DNA from: Balanoglossus misakiensis
Lineage: Eukaryota; Animalia; Hemichordata
DNA length: 64,000 nucleotides
Assembly: GCA_040954595.2 (NCBI GenBank)
Contig: CM082588.2
Span: forward strand, 6,894,202 to 6,958,201
Reading direction: 5' to 3'
Numbering within the stretch: position 1 is the first letter of the stretch; each line of letters opens with the position of its first letter. Below are positions 26,900 through 40,968 of the stretch, piece after piece. The notes below the pieces were generated by a model. The model was not told the DNA's origin. It worked only from the letters and a program-made list of their open reading frames with translations, and ran no database searches. A program made the position numbers and the translations under genes.

Positions 26900-29800
26900 T
26901 CAGGGATTTTCGATATCAATTTCTCTGGATTCGCCAAGATCTGTTTCCTCGGAATCTACTTTGTCGGGGTCCATCTTCTCAGTAACAGCTTCGGGTTCTT
27001 TGACTTCTTCAGCGTTGTCATAGACGTGGATGAATGCTGTATTGTCGACGCCATCGTCTTCGGCATTTATCACAGCGTCTTCGTACTCGTTGCCAGATTT
27101 GTAAATGCTGGAGTCCATACCGTTATCAGCTGTCTTCCGTGTAACTGTAAAAGCAAAGGTTACATCGTTAGATTAGTGTACCATATTTTTGTTCCTGGCT
27201 GATCGAATGTAGCGCCGTACCAGAGCAACTTATATGTGTGCTGCAATTTTGGATAGTTTTGTGTATGTGCTCGGTTTTGTCAGTGTTTAATTTGATTTTC
27301 ATGTGTGGTTTTCTTGTGTTTTCGTTTCGTTCAATGACCAGGGCGAATCAAATACGGCGAGGTTATATTTTATGTCATGGATCAGTATGCCAGCAATATT
27401 TTCAAAACTAAGGGGAAAAAGTGGTTGTAATTAATTTGTCAATTTGACCCAAACAACCCTCATGGAACAAAGCTTACCTCCGACCAGAGTCAGTTCCGTA
27501 CCACCATTTTTGTCAGTGTTGACATCTTTTTTCAATGATCTCTTCCTCTGGTATCTTCGGGCGCAGCAAAGAGCCAAAACAAGGATCACAGTAACCATGA
27601 CGATGGCAAACAACGTGACACCAACTGTTAACTTGACAGTAATGTACTCGAAGTCCTCGCAACTGTCGCCCTGGTAACTCCACGCGCACTCGCAAACAAA
27701 GCCACTAATATCGTCCAATTCCAGACATTTGCCCTCATTCTGGCACGGGTTGGGATTGCAGTAATCCATCTCTTCGCACTTCTCTCCCCTGTAGCCAATT
27801 TGACAGTCACAAACAACCCCGTTGGGTCCGAAAAGGCCGTATGTTAGCGAACAGTTGGCGTTGTTGAGGCAGGGTTCGGGGGCACACAGGTCGTCGTGCT
27901 CGCAACGGTCACCGACGAACTCTGGAAGACAGTCGCAGTAGAAGGCGTCTCCCAATTCGTTGCAGGTCCCGCCATTCTCGCAAGAATTGACTTCGCAGGG
28001 GGCCGTTTCCTCGCAGGTGTCGCCACGGTAACCAGGGGGGCAGTCGCACACGAAGGAGTCGTCCGCGTCCGTGCAGCTGCCGCCGTTCTGGCACGGTTCA
28101 ATCAGGCAATCGTCGTAGTTCTCGCACTGGGCGCCGTAGTAAGCAGGTGAGCAGACGCAACGGAAGTCGTCGACCGCGTCCTCACAGGTGGCGTTATTTT
28201 CACAAGGATGAGCGGAGCACAGGCTGTAATACTGACACAGCTCGCCCCAGTACTCGCCTGGACAGTGGCAGACGACGGAATCTGTCCCGTCCTGGCACGC
28301 GGCGCCGTTTAAGCAGGGGTCGTCTGCGCAGTCGTCGATCTCCACGCAGGTGTCACTGTCGGCCATGTACTCTTCGCCCGGTGCGCAGGCGCAGTCGTAC
28401 TCCCTCCACAGATCGTTGCACAGCAGAGGCGCGTCGCACGCGCCCGGGGTACACGCATCAGAAGTGCAGTTCTCAGTGACGCCCGCCGACGGAGAAGCTA
28501 CCACGCCACCAACAGAATCCCCGAGACCTACATACATACCGTTGAGGCGGGGGTCGCTCAAACAACCCACGAAATTCTCGCCCGGGACGACCATGTCCAA
28601 GTCAACCATCGCACCGATGATGAGACCGTCGGCGTCAACCCGGAATTCGCGGAAAGTGCTAGCGCTGCTGGACGCGACGTGACAGGGATCCCCGCCACCG
28701 TCTAAGTGGACCATGATAAGATTTCTCTGCCGTAACAGACGGACGGAATGCCAGTCGCCGTCGTCAACTTTAATATCCGATAACACCAGCCTCTTCTCAC
28801 CATCGCCAATATTATACATCACATTGATATGACCAGCTATGAGTCCGATGTGAATGTACTCAACACCATCGCGCGTTACAGGGGACGTGATGCGCCAAAT
28901 GGTACCGTGGTCTTCGCGTGTTCTGAACATAACCTGGTAGTCGGACGTGCGGTCGGCCAGCCAAGAAACGTCATCCATTGTGTACGTCACATAGCTGTCC
29001 TCGGCGAAGTCGTAATGCGGCGTCGTTTCTTCACAGGTGTCGCCATGGTAGCCGGCGTCACAGACGCAGCTTGCCGATTGGACGTCAGCCATGCAGGTGC
29101 CGTGGACACACAACGGTTGCCTGTTCGGCTGTCTGCAGAGCGCGTCTGTCAACTGGCACCCGGGTGACGTGTTCATCTCCATGGCGGGCACGCCCAGATC
29201 ATAGACCCTGTTGTCCTGCATGATGTTACGAATGCAACCATCGAAACTCTGAGTGAGATCAACGTTGATGTCTGACGGATACGTGAACCACTCGCCCTCT
29301 GCAACGCCGCCGACTTGTAACACTGTATTTAGATTTAGTAATCTGCAAAATGAAGAAGTTCATAAAATTATTCATGTAGACCAGTGACCAATGAAAGTGA
29401 CATGTTTTACATACTCAGACAACTACGACATGTTGAAATTTGACATGATGTTATACTTGTACTTACTCATTATCTCCTGGTATGGTTCCTATGGCAAGAC
29501 AAGAAGAGGTGTCCTCATTGCTGTAAGTCGGATATTCCTGAATTACTGACGTCACGCAGTAGTCGATCATTAGGCTGACTTCTTTGCCGCTGCGGTGAAC
29601 GTCCACTCGGTGCCACATTCCATCGTCCAGTCTCGGAGAACCTGGAATGTGCAGGTGGAACGCCCCCGATCCCAAGTCGATGCTGAGTCTGACCACCCCG
29701 TCTTCCAGGGCCAACGCTATGTGGTCGCTGGGCTCGCCCGGGTTGGAGGCTATTGGTCCGTTGTACAGGAGCAGGCCGCTGCCGGACTGGGTCAGGAACT

Positions 29801-32313
29801 CCACGCTAGTGCGCGACTCTCTGCACGACACCAGGCTCTCGTACCAGGCGTAGCCGTCGCCTTGGAAACTCCTGCCGGTGTCTTGGCACTGGGGTCCGGA
29901 GAATCCCGGCGGGCAGTCGCACCGGTAACTGGCGTCCGTGGCCGCGCACACCCCGCCGTTGAGGCACGGGTTCGGCTCACAGGAACGGGGCCGGCAGGTG
30001 GCGGACATGCAGACGCACTCGGCAGTGGTGGTGATTGTCGCAGACACGGACAGCGATGCAGATCCAGCATCCACCAACGAATCCGAATCCACATCTAACT
30101 GCATCATGCTTGTGCAGCTACCATGGTCACCGCAGACATGTTCATCCAAACACTCGTTGATGTTGACTTGGGCGATGCTTACACCAGTTTCGCTCTCAAT
30201 CTGTGAAACAGATGAAATAGAATGATTTGAAATATTCATAATAAGTCATCTTGTCATGATAATAGAGTTTTTCAAAGTAAACGAAAGAAACGTTAACAGA
30301 CCTAGATACATTTGATTGAAAATGTTATTAGTCTTGTCGTGATATTATCAAAGTGTTTTGAACTGTATAGAGGAAACGAATCCGATAAAATAAGTCCCAC
30401 CAATCGTAATTTAGGGCTAAAAAGAAGTGTTTCTTGATAACCCTCGCTTTAAACATTTTTTTCTTGTTGTGTCTGACCAGGCAGAACCCGACTCAACGGA
30501 GTGCATAGCTACCAAGCCAACATATTGCAGAGGAAGAAATCTTCGTTAAGGTACGCAACCATTAATTATTTAACAACTAGTATATTAGTATGCATTGATA
30601 GTAGATTGACATAAACCAGACAAAAAAATGAAATGCGCGTCGTCGCCTCATTTTAGGGTAAAAGCCATGTCCAGACACTGTTTGGCCTAATAGCCTTGCA
30701 TTTGCAATCGCTCAAGATTCATCTCTTCTCATTGTGGTGATCACAATAAATTTATATGTTGGAAAAGATGTGCAATTCAGTCATACATGACGTATGCTGT
30801 ATGGCAGCCACGGAATGCGAAGCCAATTTTAAAACTTACTGTTTCGACGTGCGTTGCCACCATAGTGTCCAGACTCTCGGGTCTGTAGCCTCGCACAAAG
30901 TATCTCAGATCACTCGTGTCCATCGGCCCGCCGGACACGCTGAACACCACGACCACATCGGAGTGGACGGCAAACACCGCGGCCAGACTCTCCGTCAGGT
31001 TGTGCAACATGCTGTTCGCACCGGTCGCGGGAATTCTGATCAGCGCTTCCGGAGCGACGCCGGAGAGACGCAGAGAGGCCGAGGCGCGAACGTCCATGTC
31101 GAATATGTAGATCACGTCGATCATGAGGTGGGAAATTTGAACGGGGAATGTGTTGTCCGGATCGCGCACGGTTACTTGGATTGTGTAGGAGCCCTCGGGG
31201 GTCTTGTCAGCGATGGTGATGGCACCGCTGGAGGTGTTAATCTGTAACGGTGAAATAATAGTAAAATGTCCAGTTTTAGTATCAAACGTTATTATAATTA
31301 ATGCAAAAAGGCCCGCTTTAAAGCGTTTTAAAGCTCAGCTAAACATTATTATGGAAAGTAGAAACACTTGCCTCGAAGTATGCCGACCCGCTCACAATAT
31401 CATAGTCTTTGCTGCCCCCCGTGTCTGGGTCAGGAGCATAGACGTGACCTATGACCCTTGAGCCTCGCCCGTTTAGTTGGTACACAGTGGCGTGTTTCGT
31501 TCCTGATGTGTGAGCAAACTCGTTTTGGTCTTCAATTTCAATGGTCAGTGTGCTGGTTGCAGATAATCCATAGGCATCGGTAATGATGATCGGCATGTGA
31601 TAGAACTGGTGCATTTCTCTGTCGAATGCCACTTTAGTTGTAATGTTTGCTTCGTCTGTAACAAAAACCAGCAAGGAACACGTTTTCATATTACAGTCAA
31701 ACCTCTATTAGTGGCCACCTCTTTGTAGTGGCCACTATGTTACCAGTCCCTGTGCAATTCACGTGCATTAATTAACCTGTCTATAAAGGCCGCCTGTCTG
31801 TAAAGACCAGTTTAGGAAAGTCCCTTGACTGGCCACTATAGACAGGTTCGACTGTATATCGGTCTTATTTCTGGCAATCGTGGTAATCTATAATGTATGA
31901 TATATATATTACCGTTGCGTAAACCGAATATTAAACAGCAATTTCCGCTGTGTTTTGAATAGAATTATGGGCAAGTGAACTTATCTAAAGACCACACTTC
32001 TATTGAGACTAGGCGAGGTCCCAGTATCAGTGAGGACCACCCGAATACGTACTTCCAAATTGTTCCAGCTCAAAGAAGTCCAGTATATTATCCGAATTAT
32101 CAACAGTGTAGTTAAACGGAGCGCCGTAGCTGTCTGTGTCACCATCCACCGCGCTGATAGTTGCAACATGGACTGGGGGTGGTGTGTTTTCAAGGACCGA
32201 TGGTCGGTAATCTTCGGCGAACATCGGGGCCATGTCGTTAACGTCATCCACAGCAACGAAGAAAAATGCAGAATCTGATAATTCTGGATGACCTGGAAAA
32301 TAAACAGTATAAA

Positions 32314-32344
<31 letters not shown>

Positions 32345-35300
32345 TGTTTGTAAGTTTATTGGCAGTCGCATGGTCCTGACTTTCCATCTGACCATCATCG
32401 ACATTCGATGCATACAAAATGTGTCCTTTAAAGGATTTTTTGCACAGCTAAAAAGACGAGAATTCATCTGCTCTTTGTCAGAAAACTGATCAAATGATAC
32501 GCTACGTTGACTACCTTGGTCAGTAACCACAACAGTTACATTGTGGTGGTCCATAACCTCCCTGTCCAACAGCGCCGCCACCGACACTGTACCGTTGTGT
32601 TGATCGATGTCGAAGAGGCCCATGGGATCGGACATTGGATCGATGGAATACCTGCAGATGAGATACACCAAATATCAGATGTGCGATTATCAAACAAAAT
32701 CTGCTCTGTAATATTATTACAGATACGGTGACATTGGATCGAATACCTAAGTTGATGACTTAGTTCTAACCGTTTCCGTTTTCTAATACACCCCCTAAGT
32801 GTGATCGAGTTCCATTTCCATTTTATGAAGGAAGGAAGGGTGGATGGATGGAAAGATGGAAGGAAGGAATGAACGGACGAATACATGCGATGGAATAAAT
32901 TGAAGAATTCATGAAAGGATGACCGAATGAACGTTATTAAACGAACGAATAATCAAATCGAAGGAAGGAAGGAAGGAATGAAAAAGGACAGAGGGATGAA
33001 AATATTTGCCTACATCAGGTTATCGCCATCGGCGTCGGTTGCCGCGACAACACCGATACTAGTTCCAACAGCGGTATCTTCAGAACACGACACCTGGTAC
33101 TCGTCGTCTTCAAACTCTGGCTGATGTTCGTTGACGTCTGTGACGTATATCCATAACATCGAGTCGTCGGTGTGTACACCGTCGCTAACTCGCAAAGTCA
33201 AATTGTACATCTTTGGTTGCCACGGATTTTCATAATCTATAAACTGAGAACATATGGGTATATTGAACATTGAGTTAAGGCTTGACATTTATTTTCCAAT
33301 GGAGTGAAAGTTTCCTGTTCAGTTCTCTAATTGTCTACCTAAACGTGTGTTAATCTACAAAAAATGAAATCAATCGAAAATCAGAGTCTGTCATTTGTCC
33401 AATGTCACCATAAAAGTCATACTGACCTTCTGAACTGTTATGACAGCTTTGTTTCCATGGGTACTGTTTATAGCGAATGTATCGTTGTCGTTTCCGTCTA
33501 TGATGTCAAAGGTCAGATGGGGACTGGTATCCATGTCGTCCGCTGTGACAATGTAGACCGGTGTTCCCATCTCACTGTTTTCCATGACATCGGCCAGGTA
33601 CCAGTGATGGGAGAACATCGGTGGGCTGTCGTTGGCGTCCGTGACGATGATGGTTGCCGTGGTAATTGCTGAAATACAACGAGCACAATTATCAGCCATT
33701 GACACTGGTGTTTGTGGTTTACTGTCATGGAGCCCGGAATTTTGTGAATGTGGAATTCCCAAAAGTGCCTGGACACAGGCACGGAAAAATTGTGGTCTTG
33801 GCGTTTATTGTTTTCGCTTTGAGTCTTTGCCTTTCCTGTGTTTGACCACCATCAACACAGACACGAGGCTGGTACATTATTATTATTATAAGTCGATCCA
33901 TGCTGCGTAGATTGGTGGCTGCCGTAGAACGTAAACAACAGAGATCACGCAAAGGTAACGACCCCGTGTATCGCTACAGCTGATTTTAACCGGCTGCAGA
34001 TTTAAGTTCATATGGGCCATGGATAGGGTATCATACACGGCAGGGTATGGTCAAGGAGGGACTGTGATAATGTATATATCACCATTCAACATTTCCAGAT
34101 GAACATTGGATACAATTAAGCATGCATACGGACAAGTGATCCATAATTGGCCAAAGTTGCCGGTTATGGGGGAAGCCGCGTTGGCGTCAACCTGGTCACT
34201 TTTGGGGGCATTTCTTGTCACGGACCTGTATGAGTCCGGATCACTTTTGCTCCTGCCTGTCTAGACAGAGTGTATGTTCATCCTCAGTCCAGTCTGTGTA
34301 CCGTCAGACTCTCCGCAGCCGCTGTGCCTTGTTGTATGCACCGCGCCGGCGCGCTGGGATGGGATGGCCGAGAGGACGCGCTGCCAGACACAGCCGCGTC
34401 TCTGGAGGGCGCGCGCGTGTTTCAGCTGTGGTAGACCGGGAAGAACGCGAATCACCGGGTCTCTGCCAGACTACGCCAGTGTGTGCATAGCAATTCGGCA
34501 GTTAGCTCACGTCCCTACACCTATGATAACTTGGGACTTGCTGTAGGCACGGTCACTGTGTGGAGTGACCGTGGTATAGGCTAACCACACAGAAAACGCC
34601 ACCTACCGACGTGATCAGCGCCATCTCTGGCTTCCACGTGTATTTCATACATTGGTTCTCTCTCGCGGTCTAATTGGTCCACCATAAGGCTGATCTCACT
34701 CGTGATGGGATCAATATGGAACATTTCTTCTGTATTGTTCCACAGGGCATTCTGTATGATACTGTATCGTATGTCCGCATTGCCTGGAATGTTAACGTCG
34801 TCTGGATCTTCGGCCATTACTTGCATAACACTTGTACCTATGGAAGAATAAAAGAGACACACTAATAAATTCGGAGCTTACTTTAATGGGTTAATCAGTC
34901 CGGACTTGAAAACATCTTAAACAATGTACACACTCGAGAACTCGAATTACGAAAAATGATCAGAATGTATAGATAGTGGATCTTTAATTGGTTGAAGTAA
35001 TACTAGCATCAAGAATGCTATATCATTGACAGAAAATGCAGAATCTCGGTTTTATCAAACTCAGTCGCTAACTTTTGACATTATTTTGATTTTTTCAGTT
35101 ACTAATTACGAGTACTGCAAGAATGTTCATGGTCAACATCATGTTAACATTTTTTTTCTTACCGACATTTGAATCTTCGCTAACCATACCAATATAAGGG
35201 CCGCGTGCAAAAACCGGCGCGTTGTCGTTAACGTCGTTAAGTTCAATAGCAACGTCGACGAAACTTGAATCTCCAAGGCCTCCTTGGTTGGTTGCCACGG

Positions 35301-36030
35301 CAACAAGAAGATAGCGCGGTAATTCCTCCCTGTCGAGGGGCTTGATGGCTTCAATCGCTCCAGTTCGAGGGTCGATACTGAAGTAGTGGTCAGCCGGGTT
35401 TTGTAGACTGTACCAGATGTCGGTGTCTCCAGAGGGGTCGTACGCCGAAACCTGTGAATGGGAGTTTTGAACGTTAGTTTCCATGGTAGCTCGTCTCACG
35501 CGCATGCGCGTAACTTCCCAGCAAATTTTCCGTTCGATGCATTCAAATAGTGGACTGCCTTCGCTTCCTTCCATATTTCATGCGCACCGTATAAGTAGAT
35601 TCTGATTTTGTCCCTCATTTTCACCCAAGCTAGTGTCTTTTCCCGATCACCGACACAGATTATGGTCGCCGCCATCTTCTATGTTGTTAGGACAGAGCAC
35701 TGCCTTATGGGATTGACTGTTCACTAAACGTCTGTAACCAGCGGCTACAGCTGGAACATGCGTGTGAGACGAGCTACGCGCTTTCAATAAGTTGTTACTA
35801 CCTAGGTGAGTGATGGAAATCTCATATGGTTGACAAAATTTCAAGATGGCCGATTTTTGTCATGTTTATTAAACTACACTCACCGTGAGGACATAAACAG
35901 GTACATTTTCGTCTTCTTCCGTCATCCGGGCGACGTACATGTCGTGGTAAAAAACTGGTGCAGCAGTTGTCGCCATGACTACCATGATGAGAACAGACAA
36001 CAGTGAAACAACCGGCGTCCCAAGAGCCAT
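26900..36030 (-). CDS. Cadherin derived from type III classical cadherin (neural-cadherin-like ectodomain): signal peptide, 6 EC, NC, EGF, LamG, EGF, LamG, 7 EGF, TM, acidic tail; ~1681 aa
   Basis: Exons (minus) 36030-35884, 35451-35163, 34837-34607, 33668-33427, 33243-33014, 32651-32515, 32292-32053, 31655-31372 (GC donor), 31241-30840, 30200-29467, 29342-27478, 27144-26900; total 5046 nt, in frame. Contains LDRE and DxNDxxPxF motifs, LamG motifs ([16 protein letters not shown]), EGF cysteine patterns and a hydrophobic TM segment. Confidence 0.93.
31692..31856. mobile_element. TA-flanked Tc1/mariner-pogo-like MITE
   Basis: TA-CAGTCAAACCTCTATTAGTGGCCA...TGGCCACTATAGACAGGTTCGACTG-TA. Confidence 0.75.
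35487..35784. mobile_element. MITE family A, copy 2 (cadherin intron 1)
   Basis: Same internal sequence and TIRs (TAGCTCGTCTCACGCGCATG) as 2284-2588. Confidence 0.8.
35798..35864 (+). repeat. Dispersed repeat fragment shared with 51003-51069
   Basis: Both read ctaccta.gtgagtgatg.aaatctcatatgg..gaca.aatttcaagatggccg.tttttg.catg. Confidence 0.7.
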
Positions 36031-39000
36031 ATTGCTGTCTGTTGTGTGTGGAGTTGACAATAACTTGTATCACATGTACCAATTCCGGTCTTGTTTACCT
36101 TGATAGAGTAAGGGAATGGTAGTTCTTTATTTTCCAACAGTTTCTTAGTCTCTCCCCGTCTTCCTTTTAATGGTCATGTCAGTCAGACTTATTAGCAAAT
36201 GCGTTGACATTAGTACGCGTCATTGAAATATTGGTATGGTTTAATTATTATCAGGGAATCACATCTTAAACACAATGAGCAAGGGATAGATTTTACGTCA
36301 CATCAATAGTGATAAACGATTGACCTTTGCCCTGTTAGCTCAGATGTGGGCATGATGTTTCACGACTGTCATGGTGCACGTGATGCTTGTCTTTGATATT
36401 CCCATGCCAACGCCCCTGTCAGTGCAGTAGTATTACAATAAAGGGCAGTTGTTATCTGTCACTGATGGTTCAAACCGCGTTGTTGCTAGGTCTTCAATTC
36501 TTTTTCATTTTTCAGTTGTATTCACCTGTTTTAATAAGTCCCCAGGTTGTCTAATGAGACTGTGCAGTCTAAACTGCCGACATCGAACGTTTTGGATTTT
36601 ATTAAATTTTGATCTTGCGCTGTACTTCTAACGTTTGTGCCACTTTTGGCTGACTGGTATCATGCCCGATCGTCATATACTGGTTTTGGCTCGACAATGA
36701 TGATTTGACTACTTTTGCTGCATTTCCAATTATTTCGTCACTTTGGGCCAATCGTGATGAGTGTAACACTTACACGTGATACTAGAAGTCGACCCTACTC
36801 TGTCGTTTTGTCATAATGATTTATCATGTCACAGTGGATCTGGTTATATTCTTGGATGAAACTAGTTTTGATTCGATGTATTTAAAGATAGGTATCTGTT
36901 TTTGATTCAGTTGGCGACAAATAGATTGATATCAATCTTTTATCAGTGTTGTAAGTATTTCTGACGTCAGTTGGAGATAGTTACAAAACCAAGTAGAGTT
37001 GTGTGGCCGAAAGTTACAGTTGCATAAAATTATATCTTCAGTGTTGTACGCAAAAGCAAGTCAGTAGGTACTGATTTGGGAGCGTACTGCAATAAAGGGG
37101 CCATAGTTTCTCAAATTTGCGAGACTTTTCAGTGAACTATACGTCATATGAAGTCTTCAGAAGATAACTGTGCGCTGATAAATCTATGACGTCACTGTGA
37201 AATCTATGACGTAACATAGTGACTGGTTTAATAAGACACCTGCTTTGTAATGCGTCAAGATGATTTTTTTTAACGAAAATGGCGATACCGGTTAGGTTCC
37301 TTTTTTGGCAATTGGTTTATTTCACTTTTGATTTGGAATTCTTGTATTGACATTGGTTGCAGATAAACCGTTTCAACCTGGTAAATACGGTATGCTCAAC
37401 CTTGACACGCGTTGTGCTTTAATGAGACGTGTACGGGGTTTTGATTTTTTTTTGCTCTACCGTCCGTACGCAATAAATTGCGTACATGTACACCGAAGTG
37501 TTTGTAGGGATCTCCCGTTGTGAACAAGTTTAGTGTATTGTCAGAGTTTTTATCAGACTTTTGGTAACGACAAGTGTGATGAGGTGTTTGCCCACAGTGC
37601 CTTAGTCAATTACACGAATCAGAACTGTGAACATTCAGGTTTTGTTTCGTAAGCCCCTTTCCACATAAGAGATTGTGCTGGTCAGTTTTACTCGACGGTT
37701 TAATTTGCTACTGCACGGAACGTTTGCGAATTTTTTTCCGTTAATAAGGGCTGTGGTTTCGCAAAAGTCTTTCGGCCATTACCACTTTACCTTAGGTAAC
37801 TTTGATTTTGTGTTTTCTGAAATTTGACCCCTGTACATCACTGTGACCGCGATAGGTATCTTACAATTAATGTAAACTGCATTTCACGACGTATATACAC
37901 CAGATAAAGTCTCACTGTCCCTACTCACGAGTGCCCCCCAGCTGCTGATATCCCTCAGCTCCTCTGTCTAGATACTGTAACATTGGTTGTACTCACCGGC
38001 GTTCTGTATGAAGTAGCACACCTCTTCAAGACGATAAAAACCAGCCCAAGTATATCGCATACCAGGACTATCACGTCCACGGGCACAACAACCACGCAGT
38101 GGTAGGCTCACGTAACACTGAACAATTATCTGCGGGAGCCGCACGCTTATCAACAGATCACATCATAGATTTATCTGTCCCAAGTCATCTTACTAAGATA
38201 CAGTCAATCAGTACAGGTTAGGCGTACAGGTCAAAGGTCGCAGATATCAAACACTTCTCTGCGCGCGCCGTGAGTGCGGTGATTGCAAATCTTGACACCG
38301 CAGAGGCCACGATGAGTGTTATTTGTCGTCACTTGAGTCATCGATTTGTCAGGTTAAATATTCTCCCGTCTCGATATTTCTAATCTGTGCAAACAGCAAC
38401 CGAGTTTAGAATTCGAAAAAGTAGCAAGGGGACTTTGATCAACATAAAACTCATAATATAGTTTTCTATGGGTGTTAGACATTAACTTAGTAACTGATGA
38501 AATCGGAAGTATCGTTTGCATCATTAATAATACATGTAATAATAATATTTCTTAAATAGTACATTGCATAATACTAGTACAACTCAATGCGCCTCACAGT
38601 TTTATTTCCCTTGGTCACTGGACCAAGGTCATTCGACCTAAATATTCCATTAAACTCCCTTGGGAGCAAACAACAGCTCACATGCGCAGCTGTGCCGCTT
38701 GTTTTGTCTTGGGTGTCGCCGCATGTATATATTCTGCAAACGTGTGTAAAATTTAAAACCAAGTTGCTGGTAAAAAGGTAAAACTCCTGGGGGGGGGGGG
38801 TAAAACTAGGATTTCGGAAATGTCTCACGTCAACAAGTTGTTGTGGCTGTTCTCTCAATGCTTTTTCTTGTACTGAACAACCCTGGCCTCACCTAACACA
38901 CTCTTATATGCTTCCGTTTTTCCCGGTGTTAACTATAACAGACTCCATCTGCATGTACTTCACCAGCCGCTAGCCGGTCCGTGTGGCATGCGTCAAATCT

Positions 39001-40968
39001 TTTGGCTACAATACACAGTTGGGCCATGCATTTGCGGAAACTGTGTTCGTACGTACGTTGGTTCCTGCCGGACAGCGCCATCAAGTGTCGCTGGTCCGGT
39101 TTCTTTTGTTTTTACCGCCTGTTGATCAATGTGCATCTGCTCGTTCACACGAGGGAAATGAACATAACTAGACTCATACAGAAACTCTTCAACAGAAATG
39201 CGCGCGCTGCCGCGGACATAAAAATACTTCAACCACCGAATCATGTGGTGTTTTCTTTTTTATATATCTGTCAAGTCTGTGGGATTTTTTTTATATCCTG
39301 AAATAAAGAAATATTATTATTATTCATAATCTTTTGTGGACCTACTAGTATTGATAACCAAATTTTGCCTGGACAGACTGACCATTCACAGACTATTGAG
39401 TTGAAACAGCACAATGTGTGGTTTGAGCATCAACCGGCGGATATTGGTAGAATTTGTAATGTCGACTTTGAAGGAGACCGAGGGTGGTAATAGACTTGCA
39501 ATTTGCCACGCGGCCGAGCCTATTGACACCCGGGTGGCAGTAGACACTCCCTCGACTCCGATAGAAACTAAATGTCTCCCTCAGGAGATATTACGTCCCT
39601 TTAACACCTTGAGAATCATGTCGAACATTGTTTAATGTCTGTGATAACTGCATGTAATCCGTGCGAGAATAATCTCTCAGTTTAACACTGTATCACCCGT
39701 ACAATTTATCATCAGTAGTTACTAGTATATCACGCATCATTTGTGTGACGGATGACGGTCAAACGACGCCTTTGAGACCGTGCGAGCTTTTATCTAAATG
39801 CCTCTTTCTGAAGAGGAGGAAATTGACCATTTAACTGGGGGAAAAATCAATCGATTGTCCGGGGTGTTTTCCCCTTGAGAAAACAATTAGATAATAGCTC
39901 TCATTTTTCGATTCAGAGATATTTGAGTACAGCGCATGCCTTGGATAAACGCCATTGGTAATGATGTGAAAATTGCTCGTGTATATCAAATTAAAAATCA
40001 AAGTATCAACAAAATCGATTTGGCTCTGAAGGAGGATGATTGATGAAGACCAAATGTTACTAAGTGTGTCATTTGGCTCTTTTTCTGCATTTACCAAGAA
40101 GTTAGAATCTGTCGCAAATTGGTTTTAAATTTCTTTTGCTATTGATCCCGACTGACAAAAAGGGCCAATTACGTCAATGGAAGTAGCCCGCAGCAAGGTC
40201 CGGCGGTCATCAGCACGTTTAATCTTATATGCGCATGCGTAGATTTTGACTTTCATCCGTTTTGGTTTACATTGACGTCAAAATAACCATGGTAACGCCT
40301 TTTCTATGGAGCAATTAAGGCCTCACGAGCTGTCGATAAAAAACTGAAATAAAAAAACAACCCTTGACAAAACGTTTCCACGTAACAATTTGTTATTTTT
40401 TATTTAGACACCACTACAGTCCCCTAAAATACAACAGCGGAGTTCGTATAATCCAGACTTTGAAGTACCATTCCAATATTACATCGAAATTGCAACAGGT
40501 ATGTGAAAACAAAGATCATACAACAAGACGTGGAACCATTCATAACATTACCTTCAAATGTGCAATGTGCGAAACATCTAATTCAAGAAAGGGATACATT
40601 AAAATTTCCCAGACACATTTTTTGTGAATAAGTTTTGCCAAATAATTCTGTGAAAGACTTTACACAGATACAGAATATTATAACAGTTTCAGCTGTACAG
40701 GAACAAATAATATACATATAAAGAAAAACATTAATTGACCTTAATTTAATTTTTTTTCAAAAAATGACGTCGGTTATAAGTACGTTTGATTCGTCTCATA
40801 GAAAACCTCGCAAGCAACTCTGACAAATTTTAATTGTTATTATTTATTTGTTTTTTTTTTTAATTTGTTATTAGACCCTCTCATACAAACTTAGTAGCAT
40901 GACTATCTCAAATAGTCAAACTGCACCAGAAAGAGTATGCTACCTTGATTTCAAGGTAGATATTAGGC

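Noticed and set aside
27444-31247. Many plus-strand and alternate-frame ORFs over the cadherin exons
   Set aside because: Shadow ORFs of GC-rich coding exons.
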